64,000 bases of DNA from a virus. Position 1 is the first letter of the stretch; each line of letters starts with the position of its first letter. The stretch covers positions 64,001-128,000 of the IMG/VR virus record IMGVR_UViG_3300032053_000011; one strand, 5' to 3'. A program made the translations under genes and the position numbers. The notes under the pieces are model-generated. The model searched no databases, was not told the DNA's origin, and saw nothing but the letters and a program-made list of their open reading frames with translations. Below, one piece after another: positions 1-9,368 of this stretch.

Positions 1-996
1 CAGAAAGCCAACCCACAACACACCCAGGCCGACGAGGACCAACGGATGCGGAAAGAGGCTGCTCCGGCCGCGCCCGGGGATGTCCGTGTTGTGGCTGCAA
101 GGTCTCAGTTCGTACGAACCGATCGGATAGACATCCGAGTCTGCCGTACGCCCCCAGGCGATCGCTGACGGCGTGCCGAACGACGTAACTTGGAGCGCGA
201 ACTGCTTCTGCGCTTGGCCCTGCGGTCGCAGCGCCTCCCGACTGCCGACACCCTCCAACTCCCAGTCCCCTCTCCCGGATGACTGTCGGATACGCAGGTG
301 CGTGATGTGCGGATGCCGAGCCCAGTATGCCGCCGCCGATGAGGCGTATCCCCAACGCAGATGCGGCCGAAGAATGCTTGAGAACGTCGTGTCGTCGATC
401 GGCGCCACGATCGTTCGTGTGCCGAAGGTTTGACCGCCTTCGCGGTTGCGCATCCACTGGTAGTATTCGGCCCCGGTCAGATGCACGGGCACGGTTTCTG
501 TTGCCATGGACGCGAAGCTATCCACCGGCCACGGGAGCGTCAACCGTGTGGGTCTCGCCAACAGTTCACGCAGTGTTTCGAGGATTTCGACGCGCGCGTT
601 GAGCCTTTCGGCGAGCCGCATCGCAGCGTCCGGCGTGTATCCGATCGGTGGGCTTCCACTACACCGGCCCGTTCGGAAGTGACTCAGTGCATCGAGCCAT
701 GACGCGCAGCGTTCGTATCCGAGCGCGAGCGCTGACGCCGTGTGATCGCTGTTGCCTGCGACCAGACGGCGAGTCCTGCTGATCGGCGCGCCCCAGGATC
801 CGCCGGATCGAGGGTCGCATCCGAGTGCGCTCTCGAGCATGCCTGTCGCGAGAAGGATCTCCGCTGGCACGCCGTATCGCGCGGCGCTGTCGTCTGCATG
901 CGCAGTGATCTCGACGGCGCGGCTTGCGATGCACCGGGTGCGATCGGTTTCCGGGTACAGCGTTAGCAACGCTGCAAGCAGCGCTGCTGCGCTCAT
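1..996 (-). CDS. Putative lytic transglycosylase (SLT-like) with N-terminal hydrophobic signal; C-terminus runs off the window
   Basis: Not in the ORF track because there is no stop in the window. ATG at 996 overlaps the TGA of the upstream gene, and the frame is open to base 1. It translates MSAAALLAALLTLYP...AARYGVPAEILLATGMLESALG, matching the SLT pattern A..YGV...LL.A....ES. Confidence 0.6.
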   Translation of the reverse strand, partial: MSAAALLAALLTLYPETDRTRCIASRAVEITAHADDSAARYGVPAEILLATGMLESALGCDPRSGGSWGAPISRTRRLVAGNSDHTASALALGYERCASWLDALSHFRTGRCSGSPPIGYTPDAAMRLAERLNARVEILETLRELLARPTRLTLPWPVDSFASMATETVPVHLTGAEYYQWMRNREGGQTFGTRTIVAPIDDTTFSSILRPHLRWGYASSAAAYWARHPHITHLRIRQSSGRGDWELEGVGSREALRPQGQAQKQFALQVTSFGTPSAIAWGRTADSDVYPIGSYELRPCSHNTDIPGRGRSSLFPHPLVLVGLGVLWVGFL

Positions 997-1226
997 CGCT
1001 TTTCATCTCGACCACGGTCTTCTGCACGGTCGATCGCATAGGCAAGCATCTCGCGGATGTTTGCACAGCACCGTTCGGCATCCTCTTTGCCGCCCGGCGC
1101 GATCAGCCACACGTCTCCGAACATCACACCGTAGACCGTGACGACACTACCCAGAAATGGGGCGGCGTCCGTTGATGCCGTTGCGACGTTCACGATCACC
1201 TCGGCCCTGCTCTTCGGTGTCATCAT
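993..1226 (-). CDS. Hypothetical protein
   Basis: ATG at 1226 is coupled to the exonuclease stop (ATGA); begins MMTPKSRAEV. Confidence 0.55.
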   Translation of the reverse strand: MMTPKSRAEVIVNVATASTDAAPFLGSVVTVYGVMFGDVWLIAPGGKEDAERCCANIREMLAYAIDRAEDRGRDEKR

Positions 1227-1786
1227 GGTTGATCCAGGCGGTACTTGAGCATGTTGCAGAAGAGCGCGCCCTGCTCGATCGCGTCCTCGACGGCCACGTG
1301 CGTGTGCGGCGCCTCGTCGAACCACTCAGGCGGCATCGTGCGTTTCGATGTCCCGCGCAGCGTCTGCCGGAGCGTCGCCATCGCGTACGTCTTGATGTCG
1401 ACGGCGTTCGAAAAGCCGAACGGGCTACGACCGGCGAAGTTGATCAGGTACCAGTACGTCCATGTCCAGTCGAACACCGCCGGGTAGCCGACGAACACGG
1501 GCTTGCCATCGAATGATTCGACCCAGCGACAGAACCGATTCATCGCGACGTCCGGCGCTTCCATGCCGATGCGCGTCGCGTCATATGCGGCTTGGTTCTT
1601 CGACCAGAACTCCATCGTGTCCTTTTCGGGACGAGCGAGCGGCAGGAGTTGCAGATTGGCCGAGAACGTCCCGAGGAGACGCTTCTCCCAGTCGTACATC
1701 GCGGCACCGAGGCTCAGCATCGAGCTCGGGCCAGGGATGCGGCCATCCGCTTCGATGTCGACGCTGCAATAGAGTTCGGTGATCAT
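1223..1786 (-). CDS. DEDD 3'-5' exonuclease (Rv2179c-like exoribonuclease family)
   Basis: Motifs SVDIEADG..PG..SMLSLGA, GYPAVFDW, VDIKTY and HTHVAVEDAIEQG. Confidence 0.85.
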   Translation of the reverse strand: MITELYCSVDIEADGRIPGPSSMLSLGAAMYDWEKRLLGTFSANLQLLPLARPEKDTMEFWSKNQAAYDATRIGMEAPDVAMNRFCRWVESFDGKPVFVGYPAVFDWTWTYWYLINFAGRSPFGFSNAVDIKTYAMATLRQTLRGTSKRTMPPEWFDEAPHTHVAVEDAIEQGALFCNMLKYRLDQP

Positions 1787-1802
1787 CGCCTCATCCTCGT
1801 TT

Positions 1803-2093
1803 TCAGTGCTGACTGTACGTCTGTTGTACCGGTTTCATGGTGTACTTGGTTTCTGGACACGGGCACCGCAGGCACTTGGCGTGGCCATGAGTATGCTCGC
1901 CGAATGGATGGCCGCAGCCGTCGCGCTCGCAGATCAGGTCAGATGAGTTGATCATCCTGGCGCGGATCTGTTTCCATGCTCGTCGATGGCGCAAGATGTT
2001 TCGGATGGCGATGCCACAGCGCAGGAAGAGCCATGACAGGCACACGGCGCAGAAGGCGATCGATAGGTGGACGGACGCGTTGTGATGCGTCAT
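1803..2093 (-). CDS. Small protein with N-terminal TM segment and Cys/His cluster
   Basis: ATG 2093 overlaps the stop at 2090; hydrophobic stretch followed by CGHPFGEH...CLRCPC. Confidence 0.5.
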   Translation of the reverse strand: MTHHNASVHLSIAFCAVCLSWLFLRCGIAIRNILRHRRAWKQIRARMINSSDLICERDGCGHPFGEHTHGHAKCLRCPCPETKYTMKPVQQTYSQH

Positions 2094-3616
2094 TCGCTGG
2101 ACTCCGGCTGAAGCGACTCGAAGATCACCTCGTTCGCTGACACGCGAGTCGCCAGGAGCTGCCACGAGTCGCGGGTACATTCGGCGACGAATTCCTCGAG
2201 CTGTGTGTCGTCGATTCGCTCGAGCCCGTCGACGATCAGGATCTTCGCCTTGGCGTTGGCGCGCTTGGCGATGTTGATCGCGAAGCGCAGGCGATCGCGT
2301 CCACCGAGGCCGCTCAGGCGGATCTTGTCGAGAAAGACCTCGTCGCCCTCGAAGGCGAGACCCTCGATGCCATCCGATTGCGTGAACAGATACCCGGGCG
2401 CGTCCTGGGTGAGCGCATGCACGATGCCATCGAGCGTCGCGGCAACTGCCGAGGTGCTCGCGACGTTGCTGGCGCATGTGTTCACGTGCTGCTCAGCACG
2501 GATGAATTTCGCCCATGCGAGTGCGCGATCTCGGATGCCGGTCCACTGGCGCACGACCGCCTCTGCGTTGGCAAGGCTGGCCGGGTCAACCGGCGGCGCC
2601 GCAGCCTGGGCAAGCGCGCCCTCGAGTTCATCCGCCTGTGTGCCGAAAGCTGTGGCGCGCTCCAGGATCGCGAGCTGCGAGAGTTCAAGCGCCTCGGCCG
2701 CTTGCAGCTCGAGAAGCGCGGTTCGCTGCGCGCTCTCTGCCTGCGCGAGTTCCTCCCGCAGACGTTTGACCGTTGCATCGGCCTTGCCCACGCGTTCCTG
2801 GTGCCATGGGACAGCAGGTAGCTCCCGCTGAACAAGAAGATTGCGTTCGAGTTCTGCCTGTTGCCGAAGGCTGGCAATTCGCGTGCGGGTCTGGGTCGTA
2901 CGCTGGTTGGCGCGAACCGCCTCCGCCGCCTGCGCTTCCAATGTCGTGCGCTGCGCTTGAAACTCGCTGAGCGCTCGCTCTGCCTCTTCCACGGGCATCG
3001 CGTCGCCGGGATCACTGGCCTCTCGTGCGGTGAGCGCGTCATCCATGGCCCGGGAGGATTCCTCGACCGCTGCCTTGGCGGCAGCGTTGGCGACAGTGCG
3101 CTTGTCGTAGTACACGCCCCGCACCCGTTCCAGCACTTCCACGGCGTGGCCCTCCACGTCGGTGTCATCGGGCAGATCCGGCGCGAACCGACGGAGGGTC
3201 TCAACGGTCACCGTCATCGGCACCGCCTCGAGGATCATCTTGCGACGCTCTTTCGGAGCGGCCTCGAGCAGGGCGATCGGATCGATGGATGCACCGAACA
3301 GATCCGAAAGCCACGTCTGTGGCTTGCTCACCGTCTGACCCTCGGAGTCGGTGACCTTGAGGGTGGTCCCGCGCTTCGAGATCGCACGCCGCACACTGGC
3401 GTTGTCCATATCGATCAGGATCTCGGCACGATCCCAACCAATCCGAATAGCATCGGCGCCGACGTCACGGCCTTGCAGTCCAGCATGCAGCGCGTTCAGG
3501 ACCGACGTCTTGCCACCGCCACTTTTCCCAGTGACCAGCACGCCTGCATCGGGGATATCCTGGTCGACCTCTTCGATTCCGCGGAAGGTCCTGATACGCA
3601 GTCGTTTGATCTTCAT
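2090..3616 (-). CDS. SMC/SbcC(Rad50)-like ABC-type ATPase with coiled coil
   Basis: Begins MKIKRLRIRTFRGIEE; Walker A GKSGGGKTS; long Ala/Glu coiled coil; C-terminal signature-like LSGLGGRD and Walker B ILIVDGLERID. Start trimmed from 4033 to ATG 3616. Confidence 0.85.
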   Translation of the reverse strand: MKIKRLRIRTFRGIEEVDQDIPDAGVLVTGKSGGGKTSVLNALHAGLQGRDVGADAIRIGWDRAEILIDMDNASVRRAISKRGTTLKVTDSEGQTVSKPQTWLSDLFGASIDPIALLEAAPKERRKMILEAVPMTVTVETLRRFAPDLPDDTDVEGHAVEVLERVRGVYYDKRTVANAAAKAAVEESSRAMDDALTAREASDPGDAMPVEEAERALSEFQAQRTTLEAQAAEAVRANQRTTQTRTRIASLRQQAELERNLLVQRELPAVPWHQERVGKADATVKRLREELAQAESAQRTALLELQAAEALELSQLAILERATAFGTQADELEGALAQAAAPPVDPASLANAEAVVRQWTGIRDRALAWAKFIRAEQHVNTCASNVASTSAVAATLDGIVHALTQDAPGYLFTQSDGIEGLAFEGDEVFLDKIRLSGLGGRDRLRFAINIAKRANAKAKILIVDGLERIDDTQLEEFVAECTRDSWQLLATRVSANEVIFESLQPESSE

Positions 3617-3659
3617 CGAGTCCTCTCCAGTACGCGTTCCCAGGCTGCCGTATCCGATC

Positions 3660-4097
3660 TCAGGCGCGCCATTCGGCTTCCAGTCTTGCGACCGTCTCCT
3701 CTGCCTCGCGCAACCACTGGGCAAACCGTGGGGCAAAGGTATCGTCATCATCGCGCGGTGCGTTCGTCTCGGCGAGCTGACGTTTGTAGATCGCGATGCG
3801 CTCCTGGTAGTTCGCCAGGACTGCGGGCCGCCAAGTCTTGACGATTGCCTGCGCCGCAGCGCGGTGGTGTTCGGGCGCGCTGTCGACCGTGCGTTGACAA
3901 CGTCCGAGGTCCCCCTCATCGGAGGGTCGGTGCCCGAGATCGATGTTCTCGAGCACGAGCACGAGCAGCGTCTCCGCCGACATGCCGAGATCACCATCGA
4001 CGAGGACACGTACGATCCAGTCCAAGTCTGCACTATGCCGATCGCGTTGCTCGGTGAGATGGTCGACGATGCTCGCGAGGTCTTCGTTGAGTTTCAC
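3660..4097 (-). CDS. Phage hypothetical protein (P.D..D..RC motif)
   Basis: GTG 4097 is coupled to the stop at 4094; contains RPSDEGDLGRC and a coiled-coil end. Confidence 0.55.
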   Translation of the reverse strand: MKLNEDLASIVDHLTEQRDRHSADLDWIVRVLVDGDLGMSAETLLVLVLENIDLGHRPSDEGDLGRCQRTVDSAPEHHRAAAQAIVKTWRPAVLANYQERIAIYKRQLAETNAPRDDDDTFAPRFAQWLREAEETVARLEAEWRA

Positions 4098-4309
4098 TTC
4101 GCCGCCTTGGTCCGCGCCGAGAAGTAGCGCGTGCGAGCGCGGGATTGCGCGAGCAATGCCGCATCGCGCCTCGCTACGAGCCGATTCCATAATGGCGACC
4201 GATCGACCCCGGGGACTTCGAGCGCACGTTGAGCGGCTTCGGCCGAGACCATCGCGTCGAGCAAACGCTGCCCGAAGATTACGACGCTGCCGCGCTTCGC
4301 AGTAGTCAT
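4094..4309 (-). CDS. Hypothetical protein
   Basis: 4-nt overlaps with both neighbours. Confidence 0.5.
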   Translation of the reverse strand: MTTAKRGSVVIFGQRLLDAMVSAEAAQRALEVPGVDRSPLWNRLVARRDAALLAQSRARTRYFSARTKAAK

Positions 4310-4644
4310 GGTGTCGGCACCGCGACATCAAGCCGGAGAGCCCGCCATCCACGGACATATCGGCAGTCTGACTCATGCACGAGTGCGCCGATGTTGTGGT
4401 CCCCGCGACCGCGCGGGATACCGCCGTCGCATCCGAGGCAGCGCCACGTCTCGGGATTCACCCACGCGGGCGGGCCGTCTGGCGTGCCGACGAACTCGGC
4501 GAGCAGCGTCTCCGCCTCCTCGGCACGGGCGAGGAGAGAAGCCCGCGAGGGCTCCGAGGCGCGGCGGATCTCGACGATGTCGCGAACCGTTGCCATCTTC
4601 TTGTAAGCGTAAGTCCCGGCGATCCAGACTTTGCCCGCGCTCAC
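4306..4644 (-). CDS. Hypothetical protein, possible Zn-binding (CxxC...H...C)
   Basis: WRCLGCDG...HESDC; coupled to the downstream gene. Confidence 0.55.
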   Translation of the reverse strand: MSAGKVWIAGTYAYKKMATVRDIVEIRRASEPSRASLLARAEEAETLLAEFVGTPDGPPAWVNPETWRCLGCDGGIPRGRGDHNIGALVHESDCRYVRGWRALRLDVAVPTP

Positions 4645-4717
4645 GTCGGCACCATCTCAAGCGCGAGATGGGTGCGCGCGAACCAGTTCTGACATACGCC
4701 CGCCGGTTCACGAGTAT

Positions 4718-5128
4718 TCACTCGGCGCCTCCAGTCTCGATCCGCCGGGTCAGTCGTTGTCGCGCTTCGAGCAATGCGTCGAATCGTTCGAGCGTTTCCT
4801 GCCAGTCGACGGGATCATTCGGGATCGCGACCGCGCGGCACACATGGTCCTCAGCGGTACCGCATCCACATTGAACGACTCGCAGATAGGCTAGCGCATC
4901 AGAGAACGCCACCTGCCGCTGGATTATCGCAGTGTGCTGGTCATCGGATCCGGGACACTGTGCGACGACCAATGGAACCGGGCGCTGGGTCGATCGGATC
5001 GCTACATCAGCCGGGATCACGCCGGTCAGGCCGAGATGGGCGCCGATCGGGATGCCCAGCGCAATGCCGCCTGCCGTGAGCAGCATGGCCTCGAGTGTTC
5101 GGATGACCTTGTATGTAGGATCCGTCAC
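4718..5128 (-). CDS. Hypothetical membrane protein
   Basis: N-terminal hydrophobic helix; same orientation as the operon. Confidence 0.5.
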   Translation of the reverse strand: MTDPTYKVIRTLEAMLLTAGGIALGIPIGAHLGLTGVIPADVAIRSTQRPVPLVVAQCPGSDDQHTAIIQRQVAFSDALAYLRVVQCGCGTAEDHVCRAVAIPNDPVDWQETLERFDALLEARQRLTRRIETGGAE

Positions 5129-5193
5129 GTTGCACTCAACTCGAACTTGCGATCGCCGTCACTCATCGTCCGTTCAACCTTTTCGTCGTCTGT

Positions 5194-5595
5194 TCAGACC
5201 GGCGATGCTGCGTGCTGGTCCGGCAGCGTCCGACGCTGTGCGTCATCAATGTGATACGGCGATTCAAGTGGCTGATCCGATGGCCCAATCCACTTGTCAT
5301 CCAGCCCGAAGAACGTGTGACTTGATGCCTTGAATCCGAATTCCTTGAGCAGACTGGCGCCATCGTGGGCATCCTTCACCGCGATCCTCTTCGCGCGCGG
5401 ATGCAGGAAGAACCGTGCTCTGAACTTGCTCGCACGCAGTACGTTCGTGAGCACGATCATGAACCACAGCGGTACGCCTGCGTCGCAGATCGCCGCCAGG
5501 ACTGGCGCATTCTCGGTCTCACTCAGGACCTCGCTGAGAACGCGATGCAGGATCGTATTGAATCGCTCGTCGTTCTCATTCTTCCATGCGGTCAT
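5194..5595 (-). CDS. Hypothetical protein
   Basis: Start overlaps the RecT stop by 1 nt. Confidence 0.55.
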   Translation of the reverse strand: MTAWKNENDERFNTILHRVLSEVLSETENAPVLAAICDAGVPLWFMIVLTNVLRASKFRARFFLHPRAKRIAVKDAHDGASLLKEFGFKASSHTFFGLDDKWIGPSDQPLESPYHIDDAQRRTLPDQHAASPV

Positions 5596-6767
5596 CAGTA
5601 GTCTCCCTTGATGCGAACGCCGTCTCCGTCGTTCTGCTCACCTGGAGCTGGACCGGCCGGAGGTCCATCAGCCTGCGGGATGAGACCGGCATGGACCCCG
5701 CCGATGACAATGACGTCGCCGTGGCCAGTGGCTCCGGTCGGCGCATCCGGCGCATTTCCCGTGAGCTTGGAGAGCAGATCAGCACCGCGGTTGCCTGTCC
5801 TACGCAGACCGGGCGCCGAGGACGCCGCAGTGCGCGGCGTCGGCGTCGCCGCTGCGACGACGTGACCAGCGCGCGTCACGGAGAGACCCGGGCGCTGCTG
5901 GGCCGCCTTCGCGGGCGGAGCCGCTGGCGATCCGATCGTTGGCGCGGGGGGAAGCGGCGCTCGTACCGGCGGCGGAGGCGTGACGGTCTCGGGCCCTGGC
6001 GTCTGCATCTCGAGCAAGCTGACGAGATCAACGTCGCCATCATCGTATTGGGCGCTGATGGTGAGCGCCGTCGCCAGTTCGGCTGAGAGCGGCAGTGATT
6101 GGATCAGCCGCCGCACGACGAGACTTCGTCCCAGGCCGATCCGACGACCGGTTTCATCGGTGGGGTCGCCCTTCCATGCCGCGTCGAACTCATCCCCGGC
6201 GCGCGCCGCCAATCGCGTACGAATGCGCTCGATCTGCGCTAGCGACATCACCTCGAAGGGCGCGCCACCGTCGCGCAGTCGCGCCACTGCGTACACGCAG
6301 ACGAGGTTGCCAGGGTTTTCTTCGAACGTTGGAACATGCTCGAGCACTGGCTTCAGTCCCTGCGAGAAACGGAACTGATCACGCTGGAACACCGGGCGCG
6401 CCTCGATCGAGAGCACCTCGCCAGAACTACGTGCAAGCGCGATGAGACCGCGGTAGCCGGGCCGCATCTGGCAATCGAATTGGCCACTGACGCGATTCGG
6501 CACCGCGATCAGGTAGGCATGTCCGAGCGGGCTGCCCGGCTCGAGCCCGAGCTCGGCCGCTTGCAGCACAGCCTGGAGGAACGAGCCTTGGCTGCTGAGC
6601 AGGATGCGCGGTGACCGGGCGGCGGTCGCCAGGGCCACCTTGATGATTCGATCGGTGGTGAGCGTCGGCGGCAGCACGGCTGCGATGTGATCGCGCGATC
6701 GCTCGAGCAGCTCGCGAAACGCTTGCAGTGGATCCGATCCGGCTGGTGCTGGGGGCGAGTCAATCAT
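5595..6767 (-). CDS. recT: RecT-family single-strand annealing protein
   Basis: SFLQAVLQAAELGLEPGSPLGHAYLI, PGYRGLIALARSSG..SIEARPVFQRDQF and VYAVARLRDGG; Pro/Ala-rich tail. Confidence 0.92.
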   Translation of the reverse strand: MIDSPPAPAGSDPLQAFRELLERSRDHIAAVLPPTLTTDRIIKVALATAARSPRILLSSQGSFLQAVLQAAELGLEPGSPLGHAYLIAVPNRVSGQFDCQMRPGYRGLIALARSSGEVLSIEARPVFQRDQFRFSQGLKPVLEHVPTFEENPGNLVCVYAVARLRDGGAPFEVMSLAQIERIRTRLAARAGDEFDAAWKGDPTDETGRRIGLGRSLVVRRLIQSLPLSAELATALTISAQYDDGDVDLVSLLEMQTPGPETVTPPPPVRAPLPPAPTIGSPAAPPAKAAQQRPGLSVTRAGHVVAAATPTPRTAASSAPGLRRTGNRGADLLSKLTGNAPDAPTGATGHGDVIVIGGVHAGLIPQADGPPAGPAPGEQNDGDGVRIKGDY

Positions 6768-6782
6768 GGTGCGCCTTTCAGA

Positions 6783-7757
6783 CTACAGATCATCGGCTAC
6801 CCCGAATCCCGCCATCCGCACGACGCGGTTCGGCATCCCGGCGTACTGCTCGATCAGTTCCGGCGTCGCGCCAAGCTCCATGGCGAGCTCTTTCCACATG
6901 GGCTTGCCGCGGGAGTCCAGCTTCCATGTGACCCGCCGAGCATCGCCCTCACCGAACCCGGCAGTGTCGCCGATCAGCGCCTTGATCTGGTTGATGAGCA
7001 GCGCTTCTTCCTGCTCGGCTTGCTTGCGGATGCGTTTCGCGGAGGCCAGAAGTTCGCTCAGTGCCAACGCCTCTTCGGTCCAGACGCGCAAAGGCAGCCG
7101 GTCGGCCGGGTGCGTCTCGCGGAGGTACTCGCCCGTATCGCGCGAGGCAGTGATGGGCGGCGCGACATTCGCGACGATGTAGTCGCGCCAGAACCGCGCG
7201 CCGATCTCGAGCAGCGCATCGCCGACGCGCGGGTCGCGCTCGATTGGATACGTGCGGAAGTCCTCGTTGCCGATCAGCACCGCCACATCGCAACGCTCGA
7301 AGCCTGCAACGGCCATCTCCTGCTCGATCTGTGCGCGGTAGTAATCCGGGACCGCGTCCGTGCCATCTTCGCCCCAGTGATGCTCGACCCGGATGCTGGC
7401 GGTCTTGCACTGGACGAGTTTTTCGCGATCGCCGCTATCACGCAGCACCACCCCGTCTGGCGTGCACAGCGCACTCGGCACCGTTGCATGACGGAGCGTG
7501 CCGTTCACGCTGTTGGGCCAGTACGTCGCCGCTGGGATCACCGTGTACCCAGTCTTCTCGGCATAGAGCTCGAGGACGAACGGCTCGTTGAAGGTCCCGA
7601 ACCGCATCGGCAGCGTCGGCTTCCGGTTGACGAGTCCCTTCTTGACGCACCAGATGTCGAATGGACTCTGGTACGGACTGATTCCCGCGACGGCCGCCAC
7701 CTCTGATGCCCCAATCCCTGACTTCCTGAAGAGGAGCTGAGCATCAGTGAGGCTCAT
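6783..7757 (-). CDS. YqaJ-like viral recombinase exonuclease
   Basis: RKSGIGASEVAAVAGISPYQSPFDIW..K, CTPDG, QCKT and VPDYYRAQIEQEMAV; directly upstream of recT. Confidence 0.92.
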   Translation of the reverse strand: MSLTDAQLLFRKSGIGASEVAAVAGISPYQSPFDIWCVKKGLVNRKPTLPMRFGTFNEPFVLELYAEKTGYTVIPAATYWPNSVNGTLRHATVPSALCTPDGVVLRDSGDREKLVQCKTASIRVEHHWGEDGTDAVPDYYRAQIEQEMAVAGFERCDVAVLIGNEDFRTYPIERDPRVGDALLEIGARFWRDYIVANVAPPITASRDTGEYLRETHPADRLPLRVWTEEALALSELLASAKRIRKQAEQEEALLINQIKALIGDTAGFGEGDARRVTWKLDSRGKPMWKELAMELGATPELIEQYAGMPNRVVRMAGFGVADDL

Positions 7758-8116
7758 GGCCGGTCCTTCTTCACGCGGGCGTCATGCCGTTGTAGATCCG
7801 AGGTCACGTTGACGAGATGGCCGCTCATCAATGGCGCCTCACGAAGGAGGGTCACGGCACACCGCGTGGCATGGCCCATGGCAGCACACGCGCTGAGGAT
7901 CGCGCTGTCCGGGTCCGTCCCTCGTGCCACCAGAATCGCATCGGCGAGGATCTGCGCTGTTCGCGATGTACGCTCGGCGAGGTGATGCTCGCAGGCATCG
8001 AGCACGCGCGGTACGAGCTGTTCCTCTTCCGATGTCGTCGGGCAGCGCGCACCGATCGCGGCAATCGCGGCACGGATCTGCACTTCGATGAGATCGTTGC
8101 TCACCGCGTCCTCCAC
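7754..8116 (-). CDS. Hypothetical protein
   Basis: Coupled to the YqaJ-like gene start. Confidence 0.5.
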   Translation of the reverse strand: MEDAVSNDLIEVQIRAAIAAIGARCPTTSEEEQLVPRVLDACEHHLAERTSRTAQILADAILVARGTDPDSAILSACAAMGHATRCAVTLLREAPLMSGHLVNVTSDLQRHDARVKKDRP

Positions 8117-8487
8117 GTGCGCTTCACCAGCGCGACGTATCCGTCGGCGACCACGCCGGTAAACTCGTCGGCGAATCTGGTCGTCACCGTGATCGACCCG
8201 GGCAGGTCGAGAAAGACCTCAATGAGGCGTTCCGGGGTCTCTGTCTGCGCACGCTGCCGGTTCTTCGCACTGGAAGACCTCAAGACCCGGTGCAGCGGAA
8301 ACGTGTTGGTGCCCTGGAGGGTCACGACCCAGCACCTGCTCCCGAAGTCGACGGTTCCCGCGCCGCCGAGAAAGTCCTGGAGCGCGAGCTGCAATAGACG
8401 CGGCGATGGCGGCGTCTTCAGCCAGACATCTTTCCGCGTGGCCCGGCCAGCCGAACGACGGAATCTCACGATACGATCGTGCCCCAT
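8101..8487 (-). CDS. Hypothetical protein
   Basis: Fills the operon gap; 1-nt overlap with the upstream stop. Confidence 0.45.
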   Translation of the reverse strand: MGHDRIVRFRRSAGRATRKDVWLKTPPSPRLLQLALQDFLGGAGTVDFGSRCWVVTLQGTNTFPLHRVLRSSSAKNRQRAQTETPERLIEVFLDLPGSITVTTRFADEFTGVVADGYVALVKRTWRTR

Positions 8488-9008
8488 CAGCCGCTCTTGC
8501 CGAGTGCTGCGCGCACCAACGCAAGGATGCCAGTGTTCTTGATCGCCGCGTCTTCGGCACTCTCAGCGCGCGAGCCATCAACGAGTCGAGCGCTGACAGC
8601 AGCACACCATCCGACCAGCGGTTCTGCTGCCTCCAACGCAGCTCGCATCTGCGCACGGTCCCGAATGGCAATGGCCCATCTCTTCGCCATGATGAAAAGC
8701 GAGGCACGCCAGTCGGGCGCCTCGCCGCTGTTCGCGAACACCAGCAATGCCTCGGGCCCGCGCAGCTCATACTCGAGCGTGGTGCACTCGTTCACATCGA
8801 TCGGCGACGTGAGCGACTCTTCCAGCGCATCGCGCTGGCCCTCTTCGTAGAATCCTTGTAGCGCGTTCGCGAGGATCTCGTGCTCGGTCAGCCCGCCGGA
8901 GTGATCGCTGAGCGATCCGGTCAGCAGCTCGTTCGCCTTGAGGCGCATCGCCGCGTGCGGCCCACCGGCCGTGATCCACGCCGCGATCTGATCATCGTGA
9001 ATCGTCAT
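8487..9008 (-). CDS. Hypothetical protein
   Basis: Protein-like composition; operon context. Confidence 0.55.
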   Translation of the reverse strand: MTIHDDQIAAWITAGGPHAAMRLKANELLTGSLSDHSGGLTEHEILANALQGFYEEGQRDALEESLTSPIDVNECTTLEYELRGPEALLVFANSGEAPDWRASLFIMAKRWAIAIRDRAQMRAALEAAEPLVGWCAAVSARLVDGSRAESAEDAAIKNTGILALVRAALGKSG

Positions 9009-9020
9009 TGTGGCCCCTCG

Positions 9021-9368
9021 TCATTCCATGACGCAGGAATCGCAGCCAGTGCGACAGCCCGGGGCGCCGCATCCATTCTCGTCGTCGTCGATGCTGAACA
9101 CCGCGATGCCAGGAATCGTCATCGGCACTGCCTGCTCGAGCGCATAGCGATCGTTCGCGTGTCTGGCCTGCTCCACGGTGCATACCGTCAGGCAATAGAC
9201 CGACTGCGGATGCACGAACTGGACGATCGGCGGATCGACCTGGATCTCCGCTCGCATCATCTTGATCCCGAAGCGCTCGACTTCGCTGACCTTCGCGCCG
9301 AATCGGCGATGTCCCATCAACTCCACGATCGCAAACTGGTCGTTCTCGTCCGCTGCCATGACGCTCAC
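9021..9368 (-). CDS. Conserved phage hypothetical protein
   Basis: AIVELMGHRRFGAKVSEVERFG resembles a recurrent small phage family of unknown function. Confidence 0.65.
   Translation of the reverse strand: MSVMAADENDQFAIVELMGHRRFGAKVSEVERFGIKMMRAEIQVDPPIVQFVHPQSVYCLTVCTVEQARHANDRYALEQAVPMTIPGIAVFSIDDDENGCGAPGCRTGCDSCVME

Noticed and set aside
4890-6243. Single GCTAGC hexamers inside coding regions
   Set aside because: Unpaired and intragenic, with no promoter context.
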